A DNA stretch of 32,000 bases from the NCBI GenBank assembly GCA_046497275.1, contig JAWOFX010000029.1, positions 12,792-44,791 of the forward strand. Reading direction: 5' to 3'. Shown piece by piece: positions 7,894 to 17,145 of this stretch (position 1 is its first letter; each line of letters begins with the position of its first letter). This DNA comes from Promethearchaeia archaeon. GTDB lineage: Archaea > Asgardarchaeota > Lokiarchaeia > Sigyniarchaeales > SOKP01. The translations under genes and the position numbers were made by a program. The notes under the pieces were generated by a model, which saw nothing but the letters and a program-made list of their open reading frames with translations, had not been told where the DNA came from and ran no database searches.

Positions 7894-10491
7894 TTGGATG
7901 AAAATCTTCTTGATTTATATTCACAGACAAAATATATAACCAGAGAAGTTTTTATAGAATCTCAACTACAATCTGCTGGCTCAAACCAAGCGCGATTGCT
8001 TGAAAAGATGGAAAAAAATAAGAATTATATGCGCAATAACGTAATTGCTTTAAAGATTGTTTATGCTTTTGTTTTATCTTTTATGCCTATAATTCCTCTA
8101 ATCTCATATTTTCAAGTAAGAGAATTATTAGGAAGTGCTCCAATTGAAGCAATTATATTTACACAAAGTATCATTTTCTCAATATTCTTCGGATTAAATT
8201 TTGCGTATCTAATTCTATTCGGAATGTTAAATACAAGTTCATTTATGTCAGGAGAATCGTTCGAATGGCTACATACACTTCCGATATCTGAGAAAAAGAT
8301 GAAGAAATTAGGTTTTTTAACTATTTTTAGAAGCTTAGACCTTCCTCTTATTGTAATGATGGTATCTTTTCCTATCATTATCGTAATCGGAACTCGGGAT
8401 GTTTTATTAATGATAATTACAGCTATAGTATCTGTACCTAATGTTATTTTGAGTTTTAGTGTTTTAATATTTATCGGAGAGAAACTTAGTCGAATTCTTT
8501 ATGGAGAACAAAAAACCACTAAAAAAACAACTATTCTTAGAATGGTGACAATGATTAGTTATATACTGATGGCAATGAGTTTAGGTTTTATCATAAATTT
8601 ATCTGTTCAAGCTGTTGATTTTTTATTTAATATTTTTATAGTTTCGGAAGATATGTTAATCCTCAGCATCATTTTCACTTTAATCCCTTACCCATTCGCT
8701 CCTAGTTTTTTAATATCTAATTTTTCTGCACCCTTACAAATCTCACCTATTATTTGGACTACAACTATTATTGGTTTTATTCTTTTCGTATTATTAACGT
8801 GGATAATATATCATAAAGCAGTAAATTCACTTAAAGCAGTCACTGCATTCGAGAAAAAAGAGGAAAAAATTGAACAGCCGATAGAAAGAAAAACTGAAGT
8901 GATCCAAGTTGAAATAACAACACGAACCCCTATTATGGCATATCTTCGAAAAGATCTCACAACCGCTACAAGAGATTTTCAAACTTTTATGTTTTTATTA
9001 ATGCCTATAATTTTTCCACTTATTTTAGTTCTTTCTGGCTCAGCGGCAATAAGTTTTACGAATCCTATTCAAGATGTAATAATTATTTGGGTTTTGATAC
9101 TAGCAAGTTTGGCTTATATTCCAGCGATTTTAGTTTCAGGATTGCTTAATATGGAAGAAACAGGAGCTACTATTTTATCCTCTTTGCCTATTATCCCTAG
9201 AGATCAAGCAAAAGCAAAACTCTTATTAATGTTATCAATTCAAACTGCTTCGTTTTTAATTGCACCATTAATACTTTCCATTGTTTTTGGAGTATGGACT
9301 ATCTTTTTATTAATTGGTGCTTCCATTCCTCTCGGATGGACTTTTATGATTCTATTTTTTGAGCTTAAGATCAGGTTATTTGGACAGATGCGATATAAAT
9401 ATGTAATTGAAGAAATAAATAGGGAAAAAAAAGTTTTAAAATGGGCTGTTATGCTTATCGTAGAATTAGGTTTATTTGTTTTAGTTTTAATTATTGTTTT
9501 AAATATCGCGTTCTTAATAACCGATATTATTCTAATTTCAAGTGTTGTTCTTATAATGGGTTTAATCGGTACATTAACCACTTGGTATTCATTCAATCGT
9601 TTGTTTCCAAAACCTAAAGAAATGGGAGATTATGCAACTGGGGGTGCTCTAAGAGAAACTCCAATCATTGGAGGTGTAGTTTTAACACTGACATATTTTG
9701 GATTCCAAATCTTACCAGGCTTCTTAGAAGCGCTTCTCATACTTCTATTATTCCCTTTTTTATCATATCTGGGTTTAGTATTAATAGATTTCATTTTCAT
9801 ATTTGGTTTCTTAGCCCTCTTATTTCTATATGTAGTTCCTTTTGGATTTAAACTTCCTTTCAAGGATCGTAATTTTAGTGAATATCTTCAAGATGTCGGG
9901 TTGGGTAAGAAGCAACCGATATTTAAAAATATTTTAATTGGAGTCTGCGCTTTTATATTCTTTGTACTAATAGTAGTACCCGGTGGAGTAATTTTAGGAG
10001 ATTTTACATTTGATCTTGATATTTTATTTGGAAACCCCAATCTATCTAATCTTGGGTGGTTTTTATTCATTATTATGCTAATCCCAGGGATATGGGAAGA
10101 GTTTTCCTTTAGAGGAGTGATTATGCCAAACTTGAAAAGAAAATATTCGGATGTTTCAGTGATATTAATAAGTGGAATCATTTTCGGTCTTGCTCATTCA
10201 ATCAACTTTTTAAATATCCTTGCCGGACTAAATCCATTATATGTTGGTTTTCAAATATTCTATGCGTCGTTATTGGGTTTCAGTTTTGGATATATGTTTT
10301 TAAAAACTGGCAGTCTAATTCCTAGCATCACTTTTCATTATCTTGTGGATTCTGTTGGTCAGCTATTTTTAAATGTTTACTTTAGTAATTGGTTAACGAC
10401 ATCAATATACTTGATTGTATTTATAGGAATTCTACCAACGCTTATAACTATCCTATTCGTTAGATATATCACCAAATCAAACGAGAGATAA
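7894..10491 (+). CDS. ABC exporter permease fused to a C-terminal CPBP (Abi/Rce1-like, type II CAAX) intramembrane protease
   Basis: N-terminal ~570 aa is a two-repeat permease (WLHTLPIS, YLRKDL..ATRD, LSSLPIIPRDQAKAK). C-terminal domain has EEFSFRG, FGLAH and KTGSL...HYLVD, the CPBP motifs. Starts 4 nt after the ATPase stop. Confidence 0.85.
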   Translation: MDENLLDLYSQTKYITREVFIESQLQSAGSNQARLLEKMEKNKNYMRNNVIALKIVYAFVLSFMPIIPLISYFQVRELLGSAPIEAIIFTQSIIFSIFFGLNFAYLILFGMLNTSSFMSGESFEWLHTLPISEKKMKKLGFLTIFRSLDLPLIVMMVSFPIIIVIGTRDVLLMIITAIVSVPNVILSFSVLIFIGEKLSRILYGEQKTTKKTTILRMVTMISYILMAMSLGFIINLSVQAVDFLFNIFIVSEDMLILSIIFTLIPYPFAPSFLISNFSAPLQISPIIWTTTIIGFILFVLLTWIIYHKAVNSLKAVTAFEKKEEKIEQPIERKTEVIQVEITTRTPIMAYLRKDLTTATRDFQTFMFLLMPIIFPLILVLSGSAAISFTNPIQDVIIIWVLILASLAYIPAILVSGLLNMEETGATILSSLPIIPRDQAKAKLLLMLSIQTASFLIAPLILSIVFGVWTIFLLIGASIPLGWTFMILFFELKIRLFGQMRYKYVIEEINREKKVLKWAVMLIVELGLFVLVLIIVLNIAFLITDIILISSVVLIMGLIGTLTTWYSFNRLFPKPKEMGDYATGGALRETPIIGGVVLTLTYFGFQILPGFLEALLILLLFPFLSYLGLVLIDFIFIFGFLALLFLYVVPFGFKLPFKDRNFSEYLQDVGLGKKQPIFKNILIGVCAFIFFVLIVVPGGVILGDFTFDLDILFGNPNLSNLGWFLFIIMLIPGIWEEFSFRGVIMPNLKRKYSDVSVILISGIIFGLAHSINFLNILAGLNPLYVGFQIFYASLLGFSFGYMFLKTGSLIPSITFHYLVDSVGQLFLNVYFSNWLTTSIYLIVFIGILPTLITILFVRYITKSNER

Positions 10492-10596
10492 AGGTTTTAT
10501 TTTAAAAAAATTATCTTTTTATTAAGCCTTTTTTTTTGAATAATAATTCTCTAATATTTAACTAGAGTTAACTATATTCTATCAAAAGATCATAAA

Positions 10597-11007
10597 ATGA
10601 GCGAAAAATTATATCCTATAAGTGTAAATCCTGATTTATGTAAACGTTGTCAAAAATGTTCTTATTCTTGTCCAACGAAAGCAATTTTTTGGAAGGCTTC
10701 TATGAGATATGTAAACTATAATAAATGTAAGGGATGTTTAAAATGCGTTGAAGTTTGTGAGCATGGAGCCGTTTCAGTCATTTCTATTGAGGAAGGAATT
10801 CTTAAAGGTTTTAAAATTGATAAAGAAAGATGCAGTCTATGCTTAACTTGTACAAAAGAAGGTTTTTGTTTTCAAGATAGGTTTTCATTTGATGAAGAGA
10901 AGAAACAAATAGTTTTTGATGATAGTGATTTGAATAAATGCTCAGCGTGCCTGAAATGTTTCAAATCCTGTCCGGAAAATGCGATAATTCCCATTATAGA
11001 AGAATAA
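10597..11007 (+). CDS. 4Fe-4S polyferredoxin with four cluster motifs
   Basis: CKRCQKCSYSCP, CKGCLKCVEVCE, CSLCLTCTKEGFC, CSACLKCFKSCP. Confidence 0.88.
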   Translation: MSEKLYPISVNPDLCKRCQKCSYSCPTKAIFWKASMRYVNYNKCKGCLKCVEVCEHGAVSVISIEEGILKGFKIDKERCSLCLTCTKEGFCFQDRFSFDEEKKQIVFDDSDLNKCSACLKCFKSCPENAIIPIIEE

Positions 11008-11087
11008 GAAAAATATAAGCTTCATTTGGATCTTATTAATAATTTGAAATCGCAATAAATAAATATTTTCTCTTTTGATTTTAAAAT

Positions 11088-11300
11088 ATGGCAAATCTAA
11101 GTGCGAGAAATCAATTAGAAGGTACTATTAAAAAAATCACCGAAGGAGCTGTAAATTCTGAAGTAATCATAGAGCTCCCCGGTGGTATTGAAATCACTTC
11201 CATCATTACAAAACATTCTGTAGAACGTTTGGGTCTTAAGGAAGGGAAAAAAGCCAAAGCCGTGATTAAAGCAACTAGCGTAATGATTGGAACTGATTAA
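11088..11300 (+). CDS. mop: Molbindin / Mop-type TOBE molybdate-tungstate binding protein
   Basis: SARNQLEGTI...GAVNSEV...ITSIIT..SVERLGL..G....AVIKATSV matches the Mop/ModG pattern. Confidence 0.92.
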   Translation: MANLSARNQLEGTIKKITEGAVNSEVIIELPGGIEITSIITKHSVERLGLKEGKKAKAVIKATSVMIGTD

Positions 11301-11321
11301 ATAATTTTATTTTTTTTATTA

Positions 11322-12605
11322 TTATTTTGAATTTAAAGATTCACTATTAATATATCCCAAACAGATCTTTAAGACTTGCTCAAGTGAGCCTCTTTCTATC
11401 ATATCCAATGTGTCAGTTGGTTGATGATAAAATTTCATTAATTCCTCCAATTCCATCGCAGAAATGGTACTAGCTTTAATATTAGCTTTAGAGAACGCAG
11501 CAGCATCGGTTCCACCACTTATTTGTCCAATAAGTTTTTCTTTAACAGATGATCCGAAAGCTTGTGCATTAATATTTACACTCTCAGCCGCTTTAATAAG
11601 TTTTTCAACAACCTCTTCGGAATGCTTAGTCCTGGTGGTAGGTTCATATTCTACAAACTTTATCTTATTCTTACTCATAATCCCATCCATATTCACGTTT
11701 TCAGCATCTAATTTTTTTAAATTCTCTTCATGTGCTTCTACATATCGATAGGCACCTCTTAGACCTGCTTCTTCACATCCGAAGGAGATTAATCTAATTT
11801 CTGTGTTTTTAGGAATAAGATTATTATGTTTTTTCAAATGTCTTCCGATTCCCAGTACTATCGATACTGCACTTAAATTATCAACAGCGCCAGGAACTTT
11901 ATTTGCTGTTTTTCCGGGAGTGACAAAATTAAATAACGCTATCAAGGGAATAATCCCAATTATTAACAACCAATATGCTATGGTTAATAAAATGTGATAT
12001 AATTCTATAGTGAATATTGTAAAGATAAAATATAATAATGAAACGATTAACCAAGTGATCATTATTCCCAATCCAAGAAATATAACTATTGGATATCCAA
12101 TTTTTAAATAACGTAAAAGATTAAATTGGAGTGCTGAGTCATGATGACCGGAAAATATAAGAATTTTTCTTATTTCACCATTTCCTCGTATTTTTCCAAT
12201 TACATTTTGAGATTGTCGCTTTTTAAAAATTGGATCAATAAACTCTCTATAATTAAAAAACTCATTCCAAATAATTATGAACGCAATGCCATTTAGCAGG
12301 AAAATTAAAAATGAAAAAACTAGTTCTATTAAATATCCATAACCTTTTGGTTGGAATAGGAAGAGTAGAAAAGAAATAAAAACCATTACTACATTTATTT
12401 TAATGAATCCTAAGAAGGCACGAGGCGCGCAAGTAAAGGTCTCGATTTTTGTCTCGTCACATACTTTTTCCAGTTCATTTCTAATTATTTTTGCTGCCTT
12501 TTCTTCTCTTTCACTACAAGGCATTCGTGGTCCACATTGATCGATTATTTTATCGATAATATCATATAAATATGCAGAATCTTCAGAAGATATTTCAATA
12601 TTCAT
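11322..12605 (-). CDS. M28 family metallopeptidase with internal transmembrane segments
   Basis: Zn ligand motifs SGHHDS, GAVDNLS, GCEEAGLRG, NMDG, YHQPTDT; two hydrophobic blocks inserted. Confidence 0.88.
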   Translation of the reverse strand: MNIEISSEDSAYLYDIIDKIIDQCGPRMPCSEREEKAAKIIRNELEKVCDETKIETFTCAPRAFLGFIKINVVMVFISFLLFLFQPKGYGYLIELVFSFLIFLLNGIAFIIIWNEFFNYREFIDPIFKKRQSQNVIGKIRGNGEIRKILIFSGHHDSALQFNLLRYLKIGYPIVIFLGLGIMITWLIVSLLYFIFTIFTIELYHILLTIAYWLLIIGIIPLIALFNFVTPGKTANKVPGAVDNLSAVSIVLGIGRHLKKHNNLIPKNTEIRLISFGCEEAGLRGAYRYVEAHEENLKKLDAENVNMDGIMSKNKIKFVEYEPTTRTKHSEEVVEKLIKAAESVNINAQAFGSSVKEKLIGQISGGTDAAAFSKANIKASTISAMELEELMKFYHQPTDTLDMIERGSLEQVLKICLGYINSESLNSK

Positions 12606-12761
12606 ACTAAATCATCTGCTTAATACAATTTAAATCTTATATAGAAAAATATTCCAAATAAATTTGTATATTAAAGTAGATTTAATTTTAAAATATAAAT
12701 AAAACAAATAATTACCTAAACATCTTATTATAATCTATTCAAAATATAACAATGATTCATA

Positions 12762-13601
12762 ATGGCTGATTTAAAAAATAAAACTCTTTTCATAACAGGA
12801 GCAAGTAGAGGGATTGGTAAAGCAATAGCTTTAAAAGCAGCTCGAGATGGCGCTAACATAGCTGTTGTCGCAAAGACTAAAGAACCACATCCAAAACTTC
12901 CCGGAACAGTATATACTTCAGTAGAGGATATAGAAAAGGTTGGAGGACACGGACTGCCTTGCATTGCTGATATCCGTTTTAAAGATCAAGTTGAAAATGC
13001 AATAGAAGAAACTCTTGACAGATTTGGTGGAATAGATATCTTAGTAAATGATGCAAGCGCAATTAATTTAACTTCTACTCTCAACACTTCTATGAAGCGA
13101 TTTGATCTCATGTTTTCTGTAAATGTTCGAGGGACTTTTCTTTGTTCTAAATTATGCATTCCTCATTTGAAGAACGCAGAAAATCCTCATATTCTGAATA
13201 TGTCTCCTCCATTAAATCTCGACCCGAAATGGTTTAAAAACCATGTAGCCTATACAATGTCTAAATATGGGATGAGTATGTGTGTATTGGGAATGGCGGA
13301 AGAATTTAAAGAGGATGGAATCGCTGTAAATGCATTATGGCCTAGAACAGCCATAGCAACAGCCGCCGTAAAGAATTTATTGGGAGGGGAAACATCGATA
13401 AAACATTCTCGGAAACCTGAAATAGTTGCAGACGCTGCTTATTATATTCTTACTTCCCCTAGCAAAGAATATACGGGAAATTTTTTCATAGATGATGAGG
13501 TTTTAATGGAAAATGGAATAACAGATCTGGAGAAATATTCTGTTATTCCTGGAGCGAAATTAATTCAAGACTTTTTCTTATATGGTGGGGGAGAAACTTA
13601 A
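12762..13601 (+). CDS. SDR oxidoreductase, HSDL2-like, without an SCP2 domain
   Basis: TGASRGIG, KTKEPHPKLPGT, catalytic YTMSK, NALWPRTAIATAAV. Confidence 0.9.
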   Translation: MADLKNKTLFITGASRGIGKAIALKAARDGANIAVVAKTKEPHPKLPGTVYTSVEDIEKVGGHGLPCIADIRFKDQVENAIEETLDRFGGIDILVNDASAINLTSTLNTSMKRFDLMFSVNVRGTFLCSKLCIPHLKNAENPHILNMSPPLNLDPKWFKNHVAYTMSKYGMSMCVLGMAEEFKEDGIAVNALWPRTAIATAAVKNLLGGETSIKHSRKPEIVADAAYYILTSPSKEYTGNFFIDDEVLMENGITDLEKYSVIPGAKLIQDFFLYGGGET

Positions 13602-13721
13602 ATTAAGATATATAACTATTTTTTATAGTAAAATCCTAAGGAAGGAGTCTATTTTTTTATTATTCTTTAAAATTCAATAGGTAATTAAAAAACAAAAAGA
13701 AGATTAATTGTTAATCCAAAT

Positions 13722-14615
13722 TTATATCCAAGAGACCTCTAATGGAGCTCGTGGTGGAGCTCTATAATATTTTAGATCAGGATAACCAAGAATGAACAAT
13801 CCATTAATGTTCATATTATCGGAAATTTCCAAGACTTCTTTTAACTCATCATATCGATTTAATGCTTCCTGCGCATATCCTATCCAACATGTTCCCAGAC
13901 CAATTGATTGAGCTGCGAGCATACCATGTGTTAACGCAATTCCGGCATCATTAGGAGCGAGTGAACCAAGTTCAGGAGCATAAGAAATAATTACGACTGG
14001 AGCTTCATAAAAAACTGGATCTTCTCCTTTCTCTATACGATCAAAAAAATCATTCAAACTTACTTCTGTTCTCTTTTCAGTCACCATATGTTTGATACTC
14101 TTTGGAAGGAAATATTTTATAATTCTTTTATGTTTTACAAGTTTATTCAATAATCCGAGCATTTTAATAACAGCTTGTCTTATTTGGTCTATTTTTTCAT
14201 GATCCTTTAAAACAATATATTGCCATGATCGGTCATTCCTAGCACTTGGTGCATAGCGCATTGCTTTTAGAACTTTTTGAATCTCTTCTTTAGGGACATC
14301 TTTTTGTTCGAATCTCCGAACTGAACGCCTTACTCGAATAAATTTCATCAAACTCTCATAATCTAAAATTTTTTCTGGAGTTTTAGCTTCATCAAACTCT
14401 AAAGATTTATCTTCCGCCTTGTAAATGATTGCGTTCGTTGGGCATATTGCTATACAATGCCCACACTCGATACATCCATTATCTGGATCTTTAAATATTA
14501 CCTTCCTTTTTTCCCCAATCTTCGTTGGAGGCTTGATAAAGAGTCCTGATGGGCAATCTTTGACACATTCTAAGCATTTTATACATTTTACATTATCTAT
14601 TCCTTCAATTTTCAT
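13722..14615 (-). CDS. Nitroreductase family protein with an N-terminal 2x[4Fe-4S] domain
   Basis: CIKCLECVKDCP, CIECGHCIAICP, RRSVRRF, APSARN, GLGTCWIG. Confidence 0.92.
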   Translation of the reverse strand: MKIEGIDNVKCIKCLECVKDCPSGLFIKPPTKIGEKRKVIFKDPDNGCIECGHCIAICPTNAIIYKAEDKSLEFDEAKTPEKILDYESLMKFIRVRRSVRRFEQKDVPKEEIQKVLKAMRYAPSARNDRSWQYIVLKDHEKIDQIRQAVIKMLGLLNKLVKHKRIIKYFLPKSIKHMVTEKRTEVSLNDFFDRIEKGEDPVFYEAPVVIISYAPELGSLAPNDAGIALTHGMLAAQSIGLGTCWIGYAQEALNRYDELKEVLEISDNMNINGLFILGYPDLKYYRAPPRAPLEVSWI

Positions 14616-14704
14616 ACCTATTCATCTAATTTTTAAAAATTAACAGATCTTAATTATTTTATTAATGAATATTTTTTTAATATTACTCCAAAATACTATT
14701 AGAT

Positions 14705-15628
14705 ATGAAACAAAAAAATTATGATGATTATTGGTTTCATTATGTCTTATCTGAGAATCCCATAAAAATTAAGGAGGCAATTAAAGAAACCAATATTGTT
14801 TCTGAAGATATTAAAATCCATGTAGATATATATGGAGATGAATTTTTAACAGATAAAAATATTATTTTTATCCATGGTACTTCAGTATATGGTAAATTTT
14901 ATGCTGAGTTTTGCTATAATTTACTAAAACAAGGATATCGGGTTTTTGCTCCAGATCTAATTGGACATGGTTTAAGCGATGGAACACGAGGTCATTTCAC
15001 TATGGAAAACTTTACAAATATAATTTATGACCTAACAACTCATATAATAGAAAATTATGGGAATAATGTTGTGGTTATGGGATCCAGTTTAGGTGGAATT
15101 ACGACATTATATTGCGCTGCTAACGATTCGAGACTGAAAGGAGCCATCTGTCATAATGCAGCAATTTTTAATGAGGATGCTTACAAAAGAATCATAAATT
15201 TAAATGGAGTTTTGAAATTGTTAATACGAATCATTCCAATTATGACAAAACTATTTCCAAAATTGAAACTAAGTGTTTTTATCTACTTAGATTTTTATGA
15301 ACTAGCTAAATCTGATAAAATTCTTGAGTCCATCGATTTTTTACTAAAAGATAAATTATTCAATAAAAAATATACCTTGACAGCAATAAAAACTCAAATG
15401 CGAGCACCATTGAAAAGACCTATTGAGAAAATTGATACACCTATAATGATTATTAATGGAGAAAATGATAATTTATTTTCTGTAGGTTATATGAAGGAAT
15501 TGTATAATCGAATAAATTCTAAAAACAAAGAATTGGTAATTATAAAGGATGCATCACACCTGATATTTCAAGAAAATATCCAAGAATCTCTAGAAAATAT
15601 TATAAATTGGTTAGAAAAAATTTTATAA
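14705..15628 (+). CDS. Alpha/beta hydrolase, lysophospholipase/monoglyceride-lipase-like
   Basis: FIHG, DLIGHGLSDG, nucleophile elbow GSSLGG, GENDNL, ASHL triad positions. Confidence 0.88.
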   Translation: MKQKNYDDYWFHYVLSENPIKIKEAIKETNIVSEDIKIHVDIYGDEFLTDKNIIFIHGTSVYGKFYAEFCYNLLKQGYRVFAPDLIGHGLSDGTRGHFTMENFTNIIYDLTTHIIENYGNNVVVMGSSLGGITTLYCAANDSRLKGAICHNAAIFNEDAYKRIINLNGVLKLLIRIIPIMTKLFPKLKLSVFIYLDFYELAKSDKILESIDFLLKDKLFNKKYTLTAIKTQMRAPLKRPIEKIDTPIMIINGENDNLFSVGYMKELYNRINSKNKELVIIKDASHLIFQENIQESLENIINWLEKIL

Positions 15629-15654
15629 TATGGCGTATACTTTAGATTGAGATC

Positions 15655-15846
15655 ATGTTATATTGTGAAAAATGTCAGAAAGAAGTAATTATTGTTGGAG
15701 AAGGAAGTCTCGCTGGAATGGATGAAGAAGTAGATGAGTGGGAAGAGAAGATTGAAAAGCAAGGGAAATTGATATTATATGATCCTCCTCCCAATCCTCC
15801 TTATTTATGCCCCAAATGTGGAAATGATCTAATAGAGAAAGATTAA
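15655..15846 (+). CDS. Small Zn-ribbon protein (63 aa)
   Basis: CEKC near the N-terminus and CPKC near the C-terminus, acidic middle; ATG start. Confidence 0.7.
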   Translation: MLYCEKCQKEVIIVGEGSLAGMDEEVDEWEEKIEKQGKLILYDPPPNPPYLCPKCGNDLIEKD

Positions 15847-16017
15847 TAGAACTCTCTTTTTATAGATTTACATTTTTTATTATAATTATTCAATTGACTC
15901 TATATTATGAGTTTTTTTGAAGAAATAGTTAAAACTACTAAAATATATATTGTTAATTTGAGAATTATTTATATAAGAAAATTAAAGTCAAAAAATTTGA
16001 TCATCAATAATAAGATT

Positions 16018-16863
16018 ATGACGGACGGAGAGAGAGAAATACGCTTAACGTGCCCCATTTGCCAAAAAGAGAAAAAAATTCGTATTCCAAATAAAGTTTT
16101 TGCTCAAAAGAAATTTGGAAGCATCAAAATCCAAGTACCTCCAGGAGCGGTGTGTCCCGATCATCAATTCATCGTCTTCCTAGACCCAAAGGGATTGATC
16201 CGAGGATATGAAAAGATAGATATTCTAATGAAAACACAGCCTGAGGAGGCAAAAAAAGTTATTGAAGGTAAAATAAATCTTAAGAAATTGATTAATATTT
16301 TTGGATTGTATGGGGTTTTTAGTTTAATCCATTCAAAAATTTTTGGTTATCCTGCCTATATTATCAGGGATAATCCCCCAGAGGGATTAAGTCAACAAAT
16401 AAATGAATTCTTTAATAATGTATCTAAAAATAAATTTACCGAAACATCTCAAATTCAGTTTATTGAGGAAACTAAATACGATGATATTAAATTAAAAAAT
16501 AATACTCTTTTGATAGATGCTCATAACAACATCCTTCAAACTCCTTGGGAAGAGAAATTGGATTTTGAAGAGTTTATTGTTAAAAAAGCTTTAGAAATAA
16601 TTGATGAAAATGAGCAGAAAGTTCTTTTGCGACAGGATATAAGTAATCTCCTAAAGGAGATTGACCATACTGTTAAGGTATTGGAGGATACTGATGAGAT
16701 TTATGATACTGAATTAATCGAAACTCTCTCCAAGGATTTAAAAATCCCAAAAATGAGCAAATCTCGACTCAATTTAATTAGAAAATTTGTAAAAATGAAT
16801 ATATCAGAAGATCTTGCTAACAAAGTTAAAAACAAGGTCCAAGAGTTCTTGAATTTCTTATAA
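16018..16863 (+). CDS. Asgard-type protein with an N-terminal CxxC...CxxH Zn-binding domain
   Basis: CPICQKEK...VCPDHQF...IRGYEKID. ATG at 16018 preferred, because the ORF-track extension from 15907 reads like intergenic DNA. Paralogous to 25388..25981. Confidence 0.8.
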   Translation: MTDGEREIRLTCPICQKEKKIRIPNKVFAQKKFGSIKIQVPPGAVCPDHQFIVFLDPKGLIRGYEKIDILMKTQPEEAKKVIEGKINLKKLINIFGLYGVFSLIHSKIFGYPAYIIRDNPPEGLSQQINEFFNNVSKNKFTETSQIQFIEETKYDDIKLKNNTLLIDAHNNILQTPWEEKLDFEEFIVKKALEIIDENEQKVLLRQDISNLLKEIDHTVKVLEDTDEIYDTELIETLSKDLKIPKMSKSRLNLIRKFVKMNISEDLANKVKNKVQEFLNFL

Positions 16864-17145
16864 TTTACATTAGAATAAATAAATTAGCCTTAATTTTCTG
16901 TATTCAAAATTGTAATATAAAATTGATTATGTTTCATCTAGTTTTTATATAGATATTTCTTTAAAAATTCCATTATTGAATTCTATTTTTCCAAGAAATT
17001 ATTAATTCTTTAGTTGTAAAATCTAAATAGAAAGCTCTATTCCACCTTAAAGAATAAGGGTAATAAACTATAAAATTTAATACAATTTAATAATTAATAA
17101 GCACATATAATAGAATAAATATAATCGAAGAGAAGTGAAAAAAAT

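Noticed and set aside
11047-11082. ATCGCAATAAAT upstream of the molbindin as a ModE-like box
   Set aside because: Only one weak half-site; the second arm is missing.
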